Assembly: GCF_035084215.1 (NCBI RefSeq)
Contig: NC_090349.1
Span: 10,974,001-11,038,000, forward strand
DNA length: 64,000 bases
Direction of reading: 5' to 3'
Origin: Heptranchias perlo
Taxonomy: Eukaryota
Below are positions 36,378-47,789 of this stretch, piece by piece. The notes under the pieces were generated by a model. It saw nothing but the letters and a program-made list of their open reading frames with translations. It did not search any database and was not told the DNA's origin. Each line of letters starts with the position of its first letter. Position 1 is the stretch's first letter. The position numbers and the translations under genes were made by a program.

Positions 36378-37585
36378 GGTAACACAGTGGATGTGGTATA
36401 CATGGATTTCAGTAAGGCCTTCGATAAAGTCCCCCACAGGAGACTGGTCAAGAAGGTACGAGCCCATGGAATCCAGGGTGCCTTGGCACTTTGGATACAA
36501 AACTGGCTTAGTGGCAGAAGGCAGAGGGTGATGGTCGAAGGTTGTTTTTGTGACTGGCAGCCTGTGGCCAGTGGGGTACCACAGGGATCGGTGCTGGGTC
36601 CCTTGCTGTTTGTGGTCTACATTAATGACTTGGATATGAATGTAAAAGGTATGATCAGTAAGTTCGCTGATGATACAAAAATTGGTAGGGTGGTAAATAG
36701 CGAGGAGGATAGCCTCAGTCTGCAGGACGATATAGATGGGTTGGTCAGATGGGCGGAACAGTGGCAAATGGAATTTAACCCGGAAAAGTGCGAGGTGATG
36801 CACTTTGGAGGGACTAACAAGGCAAGGGAATACACAATGAATGGGAGGACCCTAGGCAAGACAGAGGGTCAGAGGGATCTTGGTGTGCAAGTTCACAGAT
36901 CCCTGAAGGCGGCGGAACAGGTAGATAAGGTGGTAAAGAAGGCATATGGGATACTTGCCTTTATTAGCCGAGGCATAGAATATAAGAGCAAGGAGGTTAT
37001 GATGGAGCTGTATAAAACACTGGTTAGGCCACAGCTGGAGTACTGTGTGCAGTTCTGGTCGCCACACTACAGGAAGGATGTGATCGCTTTGGAGAGGGTG
37101 CAGAGGAGATTCACCAGGATGTTACCAGGGCTGGAGCGCTTCAGCTATGAAGAGAGACTGGGAAGATTGGGTTTGTTTTCCTTGGAGCAGAGGAGGCTGA
37201 GGGGGGACATGATTGAGGTGTACAAAATTATGAGGGGCACAGATAGGATGGATACTAAGGAGCTTTTTCCCTTCGTTGAGGGTACTATAACAAGGGGACA
37301 TAGATTCAAGGTAAAAGGCGGGAGGTTTAGAGGGGATTTGAGAAAGAACTTTTTCACCCAGAGGGTGGTTGGAGTCTGGAACTCACTGCCTGAAAGGGTT
37401 GTGGAGGCAGGAACCCTCACAACATTCAAGAAGCATTTGGATGAGCACTTGAAATGCCATAGCATACAAGGCTACGGACCAAATGCTGGAATATGGGATT
37501 AGAGTAGACAGGGCTGATGGCCGGCGCGGACACGATGGGCCGAAGGGCCTCTATCCGTGCTGTATAACTCTCTCTCTCTCTATAA
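36378..37585 (+). mobile_element. Young 5'-truncated CR1 LINE with an intact RT frame
   Basis: Uninterrupted ORF to 37502 (YMDFSKAFDKVPH, GVPQGSVLGP, FADD, LEYCVQFW), followed by a 3' UTR and a ctct/tataac tail. Confidence 0.95.
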
Positions 37586-39725
37586 CATCTAAGTCACAAC
37601 AAATGATCAAGTTCGTTATGCTTGTGAAAAAGACAACGGCATGGCAAGTAGTTCAAAGGACAACAAGAATGGTTTGGGTGGGGGGGGTTAGATCAATGTG
37701 AGGAGGACAGGCTGAGGGAACGCGACCTGGTATCATCAGGGAAAGACAAATGATGAAGCAACGTGAGGCAAGATCCGTGATTTAAATAAAAATCCTGAAA
37801 CAAAATCCATGGGAAAGGCATGGATCTTTGTGCTGAACCAGGAGAGAACTACAGAACATGACTGCAACCTGAGGAAACTGTGAGGTGGATATACTTTAAG
37901 CAGCAGTGTCTCTAGGTGTAGAGTTAACTAGCAGAATAGCACTCTATCCAGCTGAACACCGAATCGGTTTTAGCATAAGTAATTTTTAAAAAAGGGAGTA
38001 GAGGTTTGTGTGTTTGATGCCAAATTAGGAGGGTGATGAAAAGTTCCTCAAATGATGATCTAAGTGAGTAGCCAGCAAGAGGTTTGAGACCCCAATCCAG
38101 GACAACACTTAAGTCCTCTGACCCTTGGGATGCACCCAGCCTCCAATTGGTGCTTCCTCACAACAGCTCAGTTGAGTCAGCAACTCACTGTGCGGAGGAT
38201 GTAAGTGTGTCACCCACTGCTCATACACCAGTGCATGTGACCACCATGCCATCTGGTCTTAAATCCCCACAAATATAATTGATCCCCTGAACGATTGCGA
38301 TATTGTGAAAAGAAAGACAAAATTAGTAACCAAAAACAGATTAATTTATTTTTTAAATTATGCTTTTAAAAATGCATTCACAGAACACTAACTTCAGAAA
38401 TATTCTCTTTCCATAATGTTCACCCAATTCTATTAATGAATTTGCAGCTTTAAAAAAGGTTCAGAAATTCATTCTGCCAGATAACATAAACCAATGGCCA
38501 TCAGAAGTACTTATCACAAAAGGGATCACTGGCACCATGACAATCACTTCTGCAAATGTAAATTTTAGTTTTGATTAGGAATGAAAAATACCAAAGAAAC
38601 AGCCTTGGGAAAATTTACACTGGTGTAGCACTCAACCCCTTGAAGTCTTGAAAATGAAAGGCAGATTATACCTACAATGTGTAACTAATTGCTTACATTG
38701 GATTTCTTCATAAGATTGGCGATGAAGGATATGTACTCGAGCACTTGGGTCAGACTTCAGCTCAGACTGTTGGGACAAATGAACATAACTAGGAAAGCCA
38801 ATCATGACCACACATTCATACCCTGCAGTGGCCGGTTGCAGAGCATCACCATAGGTCATGAATAGCTTCCTGCCCACCCTCTTGGTTGGGGACCAGAATA
38901 TAGCACGGGAGACTTAGGTGGGAAGCAGTTTATAAAAGGGGACAATATATATATAAATTATTAATTTTTAAAAAGTTCCTTCCCTTGGGTTAGGAGGCAA
39001 GTCAAATTTCAGCAGTGTCACACCTGCCAGCAACTGATTCAGGTCAACTGCCAGGCCTCATGGTCACAGAATAAAGCATTCAGAAGCTGGTATTCTTTCT
39101 GGGGAACCCTGAAATCCAATACTCTAACGTTCACTGTGGTCCTAGCTGGAGAAGTGGTAGGACACTTACTGCTGTTCTGCATTGATAAGCTGCCCAGTTT
39201 TACATAATTAAACTCCAACAGTACCCTTTTGCATACTTAGGGTTCCCAAAGCCTTGGCTCCTGCCAACATCCAAGGTCTCTGAGCTCTCATATGCAGGTT
39301 GTGATCTTACGGGAAATAATGCACACTCCGTATCAGGCAAACAGATTAGTGATTTAGCTTGGAAATGGGTTTCAGTGTATGTCAAAGACATATTTGGCTG
39401 AAACAAAAAATAAATGATGAAACAGAAAATACACAGGTCAGTCAGCATCTGTAAAGAGAAAAGACAGGATAACATTGCAGGTGCAACCGTTCATTAGAAA
39501 TGAAAACAAAAATAAGCAAACCTGTTTAAGTAGAGTTCAAAAAGAGAAGGGGGAAGAAAAAACAGATACTCCAATCACTGGAAGGAGGTTAATGGGTTGA
39601 TTGACCAAATAAAATGGAACATGTCACAACCATGGGGTAGGCCAGCTCATTTTGAAATTGAGGAAAAGCTAAATGAGGCTACTTTCTGCAAATCCACAGC
39701 TGTTGAAGATATTAACAACGGCAAT

Positions 39726-40455
39726 TGTAAGGAAAGGGTTAATTAAATTGTCTTGCAGTCTCTTTACATTGTAGTAATATTCACTGTGTGCTTTTGCCTG
39801 TTAAGTGAGATTCTGATAGAAGGATGAATATGTAATCATAAGACTGGTATGCTTTATTTTGAAAAAGTGTGTGTTTCGGCAGTTTCAGTTTTGACAGCGA
39901 GAATTAAAAGTTTGTAAACTTAATTAAAAGTAACAGGCAGAGACAGGCTTTAGCTGATAAGAAATTCAGCAGCAGACAAAGAAACTGTCTTTGTTAGCTA
40001 CAGCCTCTAAGAGGCACCTGCCTGATAAACACCATATATCTGGAAAATTAGGGAGTGTGAGTTAAGTTAAGGCAGTACAATCTATTGTTGCAAGGACAGG
40101 ACAGGCAAATCAGTGTTGAATCATAAATGTGGATTAGGTAATGTAGAAACATGAGGATTTCATGTAGTAGGGTGGAAAAAAGGTTTAAAAAGTGGGTGTT
40201 AGAACAGATACGTTTAAGAATTCATTTGAGGTCTTGCCAACCAAGTACACTGAGCTTAGAATTGCAATTGTGTTTTGAATTTCCTGGTGAACTCACAAGG
40301 TATTGCCCTAAGTGTGCTGTTAAGTGTATGTTTGATTATTGTCAATAATGGTTATTGCTGTATGCTTAATTCCCATGATCAACCATAAATACTTTGAACC
40401 CTATTAACTTGGGGAGTAACTTATTAACATAAGTACGAACACCCATCCTCTAACA
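39726..40455 (+). mobile_element. Solo LTR (730 bp) of an ERV/LTR retrotransposon
   Basis: Ends TGTAAG...CTAACA, exact 5-bp TSD GCAAT at 39721-39725 and 40456-40460, and shared termini with the LTR at 44705. Confidence 0.88.
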
Positions 40456-40467
40456 GCAATGATGGAA

Positions 40468-40897
40468 AGAAAAGAAAGACCTCGCTTTAAATAGCTCCTT
40501 TCACAACCTCAGGACACCCCAAAGTGCTTTACAGTCATCACTGTTGTAATGTAGGGAAACACAGTAGCCAATTTGTGCACAGCAAGCTCCTACAAAAGGC
40601 AATGAGATAATGGCCACATAATATGTTTTAGTGATTTTGATTGAGTGATAAATATTGGCCAGGAGAACAGCTCTGCTCTTCTTCAAATAGTGCCTTGGGA
40701 TCTGTTATGTCCACCTGAGAGAGCAGATAGGGCCTTGGTTTATCATCTCATCTGAAAGATGGCACCTCCAACAGTGCAGCACTCTCTGTGCTGCAGTGAA
40801 ATGTAAGCCCAGATTATGTGCTCAAATATCTGGGGTAGGACTCGAACCCACAACCTTCGACTCAGAGGCGAGAGTGCTACCACCGAGCCAAGGCTGA
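40468..40897 (-). mobile_element. tRNA-derived SINE (same family as 2857-3300)
   Basis: Reverse-complement head (ggctcggtggtagcactctcgcctctgagtc...gggttcgagtcc) and tail. Confidence 0.82.
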
Positions 40898-41254
40898 CAG
40901 AATATAAAGCAGAAGCAGCAGACATCAGCATTTGACAATTTTGCCGACTGCATTCTTACGACAAGCCTGTTCTGCAAACAAAGATCAAAATGAGCAATTT
41001 CAGCATCTTAGAATCATTGATGTCCAGGTGATCAGTACTTGAGAACGTGATTTTACTCACTGGCAACACATTGTTCCTTTTCACAAGCTGCTGGCATTAT
41101 TTGCTACAATTAGGAAAGATTAATCACATTTGAAATAAAAACAGAAAACGATGGAAATGCACAATGGTTGATCAACTTCTGAAAAAAGAAACTGTTTTTT
41201 TTATTTCAAATTTCCAGGATTGTTTCTCACCTTCGTGGTTACTTTTGGACTTAC

Positions 41255-41436
41255 TTGAACACTTCCTGGTCCACGACAATACTAGCGGCCTGTGTGAGCT
41301 CATACAGCTCCAGCTCTTCTGCATTGAGGATCTTCTTCTTCTTGACTGCATATTTCTGTACATTTCCACTGACTGTGGCCAGGAGAGTCTGCTGGGCATC
41401 AAGGCCAGAAATCCCAGCCTGCTGTGGTACAGCCAT
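41255..41436 (-). CDS. MZT2: MZT2 first coding exon
   Basis: MAVPQQ...QKYAVKKKKILNAEELELYELTQAASIVVDQEVF(K) matches the MZT2 motif RRKKVLSTEEMELYELAQAAG..IDPDVFK. Donor AA|gtaagt (phase 2); upstream acceptor gatttcag near 41464. The three exons join in frame: 182+149+176 = 507 nt, 168 aa. Confidence 0.96.
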
Positions 41437-42199
41437 CTGTTATCACTGCAACAATCCCTCACACTGAAATCCAATAAGTAACAAGGTATTATCTCTTGCC
41501 CCAAATGGGAAGAAACACTGCACGGTCACCCCATGCCCCAAACAGGCAGGAAATCCAGATACATAGTGAGTCAATCATACCATGCTAAATTATCAGAAAC
41601 TTAAACATTACACAACCTGCTGCCACTTTGTTTAAAAATAATGGCGAACAAAATGACAGCAGGTTGTGTAATGTTTGTGTTTTTATATTCAGGGAAGTTC
41701 TCCATTCATTTTATGTATCCAATTCTTCACCTGGATAGCCTGATACCTGACCCAGAATTGGAGAATATACAGTCTTCTCCCAGGTGGCCACTAATATTCT
41801 CTATGATTAGATTTTAGGAGGCGCCAGTGGCATGACCGCAGAATTCCACTCCCTCCTACTGAGGCACCATGCAGTACCTCCCCAATAGATGTGGTTTTTC
41901 CTACTAAACAGAAGCACCATACAATTAGCAACACATTAGTAAAAGCAATGTAGTTCAGCAGGAAGCTTACTAAGGAACATATTATATAAATCAAGCAAAC
42001 CAGGATTTACCTTTGTATTATTCATTACAACATTACTGTATTGGCATTCAGTCTGGGTATAATGATAGTGCTGCATAAAATTAACTAAAGGTTGCTTGTC
42101 TATAGTAATGTTGAAAGTCAGAAAATACACATTTCATAGGAAAAGCCATCTATGAACATCGTTTTCTGATGGGGGGGGTGGGGGGGACAGGAATAACAC

Positions 42200-43115
42200 C
42201 AGGGCTTAAAGGGTTAAACTATGAGGACAGGTTGCATAAACTTGGCTTGCATTCCCTTGAGTTTAGAAGAAAAATACAGAGAATCTGTTTCCTCTGGTGA
42301 GGGAATTCAGAACAAGGGGGTATAATATTAAAATTAGTGCTAGGCCATTCAGGAGTGAAATCACAAAGAATTTTTTCACATAAAGAGTAGTAGAAATCTG
42401 GGCCTCTCTTCCTCAAAAGGCTGGGTCAATTCCAGCACAGGCACGATGGGCCCCTCCTGTGCTGTATCATTCTATGAATTGAAATTTCAACACTGAGGTT
42501 GACAGATTTTTGTTAGAGATATAGAGCAAAGGCAGGTAAACTGGGTTGAGATACAGATCAGCCATGGTGGGGGAGTCTTGGACAAGGGGACATAACCTTA
42601 AAATCAGAACCAGGCCATTCAGGAGAGAAGTTAGGAAACACTTCTTCATGCAAAGGGTGGTAGAAGTGTGGAACTCTCTCCCATAAAAAGCAGTACATGC
42701 TAACTCAATTAATAATTTTAAATCTGAGATTGATAGATTTTTTGCTAGCCAAGGGTATTAGAGATATGCAGCCAAGTCGAGTGGATGGAGTTCGGATACA
42801 GATCAGCCATTATCCACAGGTCCAGGTTAGACGTGGCCCATGGGGGCGGTCGCTCCGACTGTCTGCCTCTCTTCCGTGGCATTCTCCGCGCCCGGGTGAC
42901 CCTGGAGAGGGAGCACGCGGTGTCTGCCGGTGCGCTTGAGGCTTTCCGTGACCGGTGGGCACCGCAGGGGCTGGAGTGCATCCTGGACCGAGATAATAAA
43001 ATTATAATTTGACACTTATTTTGGGTTTTTTGGTTGACTAAAAAAAAAATCAGCCATGATCTCATTGAATAGCGGAACAGGCTCGAAATGCTGACTGGCC
43101 TCCTCCTGTTCCTAA
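42200..43115 (+). mobile_element. Cluster of nested or tandem CR1 3' fragments
   Basis: Several CR1 C-terminal/3' UTR pieces joined end to end (caggccattcagg, atacagatcagccat, cctcctgttcct). Confidence 0.75.
42811..43048 (+). mobile_element. Tx1-clade LINE 3' end with poly(A) tail
   Basis: Encodes IHRSRLDVAHGGGRSDCLPLFRGILRARVTLEREHAVSAGALEAFRDRWAPQGLECILDRDNKIII*, ends in ~A10, and is flanked by the 9-bp TSD ATCAGCCAT (42802-42810, 43049-43057). Confidence 0.85.
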
Positions 43116-43369
43116 ATTGAGCAAATATATTAAACCAACATAATTTAATCATCTCAAAAAAGGATTAAAATAGCATATCTTTCAGGCCGAATCACCCTTG
43201 TTAATGGACAACAGGGTGAAGTAATTTATATTTAAATCACATTTTATCTTGATTGGAAACATCACCCCACTTATACCTGGCACTGAGTAGCACTGAGACG
43301 GACAATGGGCGGCAACTGACCCATTTGAAAGGTAACCTGCCCCAAGAATGCTCCACCCCTCACAGCACA

Positions 43370-43650
43370 GGGAGCCGTCACCCATTCACGGTCCCCCCCC
43401 GCCCGCCCGCCCGCGGCGGGTCTGCGGACACAGCTCGACCGCACCCGTTAACCCCAGCGCCGCTCACAAGCCCGCGCTTTCGGCCCGACACCGGTTATCT
43501 ACCTGCTTCCACCCTAACAACCATCGGCCCTGCGCGTCCTCCGCTCCCACCGGCTGGAAACTGCGGGCCTGCACAAACGGTCCTAGGGCGGGGGCGGGGC
43601 CGGGCCGAGCACTCCGTCAGACCATCGGAAACACGCAGACAACGCCTCTT
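43370..43650 (-). promoter_or_regulatory. CpG island: MZT2 promoter and probable non-coding exon 1 (donor after 43503)
   Basis: CpG-rich, with tandem GC boxes GGGCGGGGCGGGG at ~43586-43599 and a minus-strand donor GCAG|gtagat at 43503/43502, 2 kb upstream of the first coding exon. Confidence 0.7.
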
Positions 43651-44279
43651 CCTCAGGATGTTTGAGGCAGGTTTTGCAGGACATTTCATCCTGTTTGTAA
43701 ACATAGGGGGAAACCACACAACCATCTCTTCTACTTGTAATTTATCTGGTTTTGAAATTAAAAATTATTTTTAAAAAAATGTTCAAGAATTTGCACTGCA
43801 ATATCTTGAACCTACCACAGTCAGCAAGGTGAATCCTGAGGTTTTTGGAGCTGGCTGTTCTAGGACCTGATGTTTGCTGAAAACACAACTAAGTTAATTG
43901 ATAGCTTTTTCTTGCCTATACTGAACAATGAGAAGAATGTATTTTATAGCCTGGCCACTACCCACAACATCAAGACCATGCAGGGGGATTCTAATCAAAC
44001 ACCTCCAGCTCCCCCCAAGTTTTGATAGCTAGCCTGGAAGGGCAGGAATGGCTTGTATCAGATATCTGGTGTTGCATGGTTTTCCAATACTGCTGTGTGG
44101 GCAGAAGTGACGTGTTGCGCGTGAAGCAAGCGGGATGCGATATACATGATGTAGATGCACTGAAGAACGGGTCCCAGACATGGTCAGTCAGCCACGCTGA
44201 CAACACACTACATGAAATGTGTGGCTCAGGAGAGTGAGAACATACACTGTAACACGACTAATTAAAAATTTTACTCGAG

Positions 44280-45645
44280 GCTCTTAACACATGCTTCACA
44301 GAGAAACTGACCTTCTGCATTAAGCTTAATGAAACACCCAAGGTAGGGTTAAACACAATGGTACCAAACAGAGAAGAGCATAGAATTGGAAATCCCAAGT
44401 TCAGGTGATCCCCAAAACTGAAACTAATATTATCCACAACATGGATAACAGTAACAGAGTACTGGAGGATCTTTTAAGTCCAGGTGATGACCTTTTGAGA
44501 TATATATGGAAGTACATAGGGAGAAATAGGTTTTGAACCTTATTTACTATCCAATGTATAATGATATTTTTGATATGCTATGTAAAAAAATAATGGGTGA
44601 TGATCTATGAAATAGAATGGATTGAGATAGATATATGATGCTGATAAATTAGTGTTTAGTGTTGGCCTTAGATATTCTAAACAGCAAAGTGGGGGGGGGG
44701 GGAATGTAAGGAAAGGGTTAATCAGATTCTACTGAAGTCTACTAATGTTATACTCACTTATTTTGGTTTTATTGATTTGCTGCACATAAAAACACCCTTA
44801 CCCCACCCCTTATAAAAAGGGGACCTAAAGCACACAAAAAAGAAAATTTAAAAAATGTTATACTCTTTATGTTGTAGTAATGTTAACCTTTGCCTGTTAA
44901 GCAGGGAAGTATAAGTCAGCTTAAAGTATCACTGGGCTATGGGCCATGGCTGATCCTGCAGCAACGGTCGGTTCCAAGATAAAGTAATAAGAGACTTAAC
45001 TAAAGACATGCCATTGCATACTGATTCATAAGTTTGAGAGAACATTAATCATTTGAGAACAATTTCGGAAAAGTTAGTTCTGCAAAGGAAAACATCTGCG
45101 CATACATCATCCTTTTTAATTAGTACAAATGATACAGAAAAAAAGGCAACTTATAATTAAAAGTAGAATAGCAATTATATGGAACAAGAGTGAAACTATC
45201 GATTAAAATAATGAAGTAAGGGCGTTGTACTTGTTAGCCTGATGGTAAAAGAGCTTGTTAAGTAAGGAAACCTAAAGTTATTGGAAAGGGATAAATCAAT
45301 TAAATTCTCCTTATATGGAGTTGTATATTAATTTTTATAAATTATGTAATGCAGAATTGTGTGGATTGACATGTAGAGGGAGTGAGAGAAATGTATAAAA
45401 CTGGCTTTATGTAATACTTAGGTATTTGGATTCATAAAGGCCTAAGATACTGAGCTCTGAACTGTAACATATTTGGACCTCCCAACCAAACCATTGGGTA
45501 CGGTTGTAAATATGACCTTTTAAGCATATGTTTAAATGCTATTACATGTACTATATGCTTAATAAACCTATGGCAACTGACTTCAGTGTTTAAGAACCTT
45601 ATTAATTGGAGGAGTAAATCATAAATAAGAATCCCTCCTATAACA
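44280..45645 (+). mobile_element. Truncated LTR element: internal remnant, polypurine tract and 3' LTR (44705-45645)
   Basis: PPT AAAGTGGGGGGGGGGGGAA directly precedes TGTAAGGAAAGGGTTAAT, which is identical to the start of the 39726 LTR. AATAAA at ~45561, end ...CTATAACA. The left boundary is approximate. Confidence 0.8.
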
Positions 45646-45659
45646 GTATCAGTATACTT

Positions 45660-46700
45660 ACCACACTTGACTTTCTTGGGCCTAACTCAATGTATTTTCT
45701 TTTCTAACTTTGAGTCGCAATTTGCTGCCAACTTAATTCCACAGTCTTGGCTGAGATAACTGTGATGATGTTTTACTCCATGGTAAATGCATGCACCCTT
45801 TGTACCAATAACCTGATCCTAGTCTGCTGTGTCTTTAGTGCAGTAAGAAAGTTCCTGGTTGCCCTACAAGTCTTTTTATTCATGGATGCTCTGCTCATCA
45901 ATGGTGGCATGTCACACAGCATAAATACTGTTTTATCGCAGTCAATGAGGCAAAGCAAAGTGAACCCTGTGCAGTCATTTAATTGACAGCTTTCTGAACA
46001 CATTCATAATTTTGTAGCATAGCTAATCACGATTCTTAGAAATGACAGTAATAACGAGTTCTGTGGAGCAGCTTTTGTATCCACAACCAGAGCAAGAAAA
46101 ATGCTGGCCTGTAATGTACAGGAAACATTAGTGTTTAACTTAATTTGGCTAAATTCAGACAGCAGCAAAGTAAACATTTCTTTAAAGCAGTAAACAGGAA
46201 AATAATACAATTCTTAAAGCTTTAAAATATTTTAAAGGCTTTCAAAAATAATTGAGCAAAATACATTTTAAAAAGTGCAGTGATTAAGAGTGAGCGCAGC
46301 ACAGAGACAAGAAAAAATATTTTAAATAAAATTCAGTTCCACGCAAATTTGAACAAGCTTCAAATGGTTGTTGATGTCTGCATATCTTGTTATTGTCCAC
46401 AGTTCATTTAACAAGTGCAACAAGAGGGCAGGCAGCAGCTTCAACAATGCACAGGGACGGTCAATGATTTGATGACATCTCAAGTCGGCGGACGGCAACT
46501 GTAGCAATTCTCTTAATCCAGTCTGCTCTCTTTAACTTTTGAAGTTGTGGAAGCTAAAATTCAAATGTCTGCAGAATTTGAGCTGTCATGGATCATACCA
46601 ATTAAATGACTGCACAGGGTTCACTTTGCATTGCCTCATTGACTGTTATGAAACAGTATTTATGCTGTGTGACATGCCACCATTGATGAGCCAGAGCATG
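45660..46700 (-). mobile_element. Decayed, rearranged hAT-type transposase remnant
   Basis: A stop-interrupted minus frame at ~45800-45690 reads GACIYHGVKHHHSYLSQDCGIKL..DSKL, like the YH.VKH..SY.S.DC..KL motif of hAT transposases. 46340-46500 gives IIDR..LLKLLPAL. Confidence 0.5.
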
Positions 46701-46719
46701 GGAGAAAGTCAGGGAGAAG

Positions 46720-47780
46720 GAAACAGGCGGCACTACCATGCTCTTTCTAAAGGGGGCGCTGACCGCACTCACCATTCACAAAAAGGAGCTGCACAGATTC
46801 GCGCGCGGCGGGCGGGGTTTCAGCGCCTGTAACCGGGACAAAGTGACGTAAACACCTTTAAAGGGACATCTGACGAAAGGTCTTCGACCTGAAACATTAG
46901 CCCTGTTTTTTCCCCTCCACAGATTGCAGCCTGACTTGCTGAGCTTTTCCAGCACCCGCAGTATTTTGCATTTGATTTAAAGAGACATTGACTTGTATGT
47001 GATTTTTTTCTCTCTAAGGAATAAAGTCCTGTACCAGCCAAAGTCAGCGTGCGGCATGGGATCCGAAGAATAACTGCTCTTTACCGTTCCTCCTGGAAAC
47101 GGTCCCCTCTTCCTCTGAACAACAGCCCTTCCTACCTCTTTGCATTGTTTGTGTAATAATTGTTGTACAACCTAAATTCTCATAATCGCACCGCGCTTTA
47201 AGACTCGCGGTACTGACATCCTAAAAGATATATAAACATTTATTATATACGGGGGATTATTGGCTGGTAGAAGCTGCGACTGACAATCGGTAACAGAGCG
47301 ATAAATAATAGATAAATGTTATATTCTGCTCGTCAGCTTGTGAGGCTGAGGCATGAGGCTAGTAACTAAGAGATTTGGGTTTGAGCTGCAGGACCTGCTC
47401 CCTCCCCCCCCACAGCGCGCGGCCTATCGGCGCCCGGGCCTCTCCCTGATCCCCGCCCTCTCTCTCCAGGACCCGCCTTCTCCATGGGGAAGCCGGCTGC
47501 TTTTCTGCCCTCCTCCTGCGGGGTGTTGGTTGTGGATCGTTCAGTGTCGTGTGAAGGCGTGCAATTCTCCGCTCCGGGCCCGGGCTCCGACCCCAGCAAC
47601 GGGATGAGCGAACCGCCCAGTGCGGCCTGCAGCTCAGCGGGCCCCGCGCTACCGCTGCTTTCGTCGCCGGACAACACCGACACTCACAAAGGCTGGCTCT
47701 ACAAATGGACCAACTACCTGAAGGGTTACCAACGCCGCTGGTTCGTGCTGAGTAACGGACTCCTCTCTTATTACAGGTAG
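46720..47780 (+). promoter_or_regulatory. OSBP2 promoter region and CpG island
   Basis: GC-rich patch 46725-46860 with a CTCF-like CTAAAGGGGGCGC (~46748), GCGCGCGGCGGGCGGGG and a CRE-like TGACGTAA (~46844). The CpG island proper spans 47390-47780. Confidence 0.55.
47484..47776 (+). CDS. OSBP2: Oxysterol-binding protein 2 (OSBP2/ORP4), first coding exon (start of PH domain)
   Basis: [30 protein letters not shown] is the OSBP/OSBP2 PH-domain start; NYLK rather than NYIK favours OSBP2. Phase-2 donor AG|gtaggt. The start codon is either 47484 or the in-frame 47604 (MSEPP). Exon 2 was not found in the window. Confidence 0.88.
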
Positions 47781-47789
47781 GTCACTGGC

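Noticed and set aside
39726-45645. One provirus spanning both LTRs and capturing the MZT2 5' end
   Set aside because: The left LTR has its own TSD on both sides, and the two LTRs differ in length and internal sequence.
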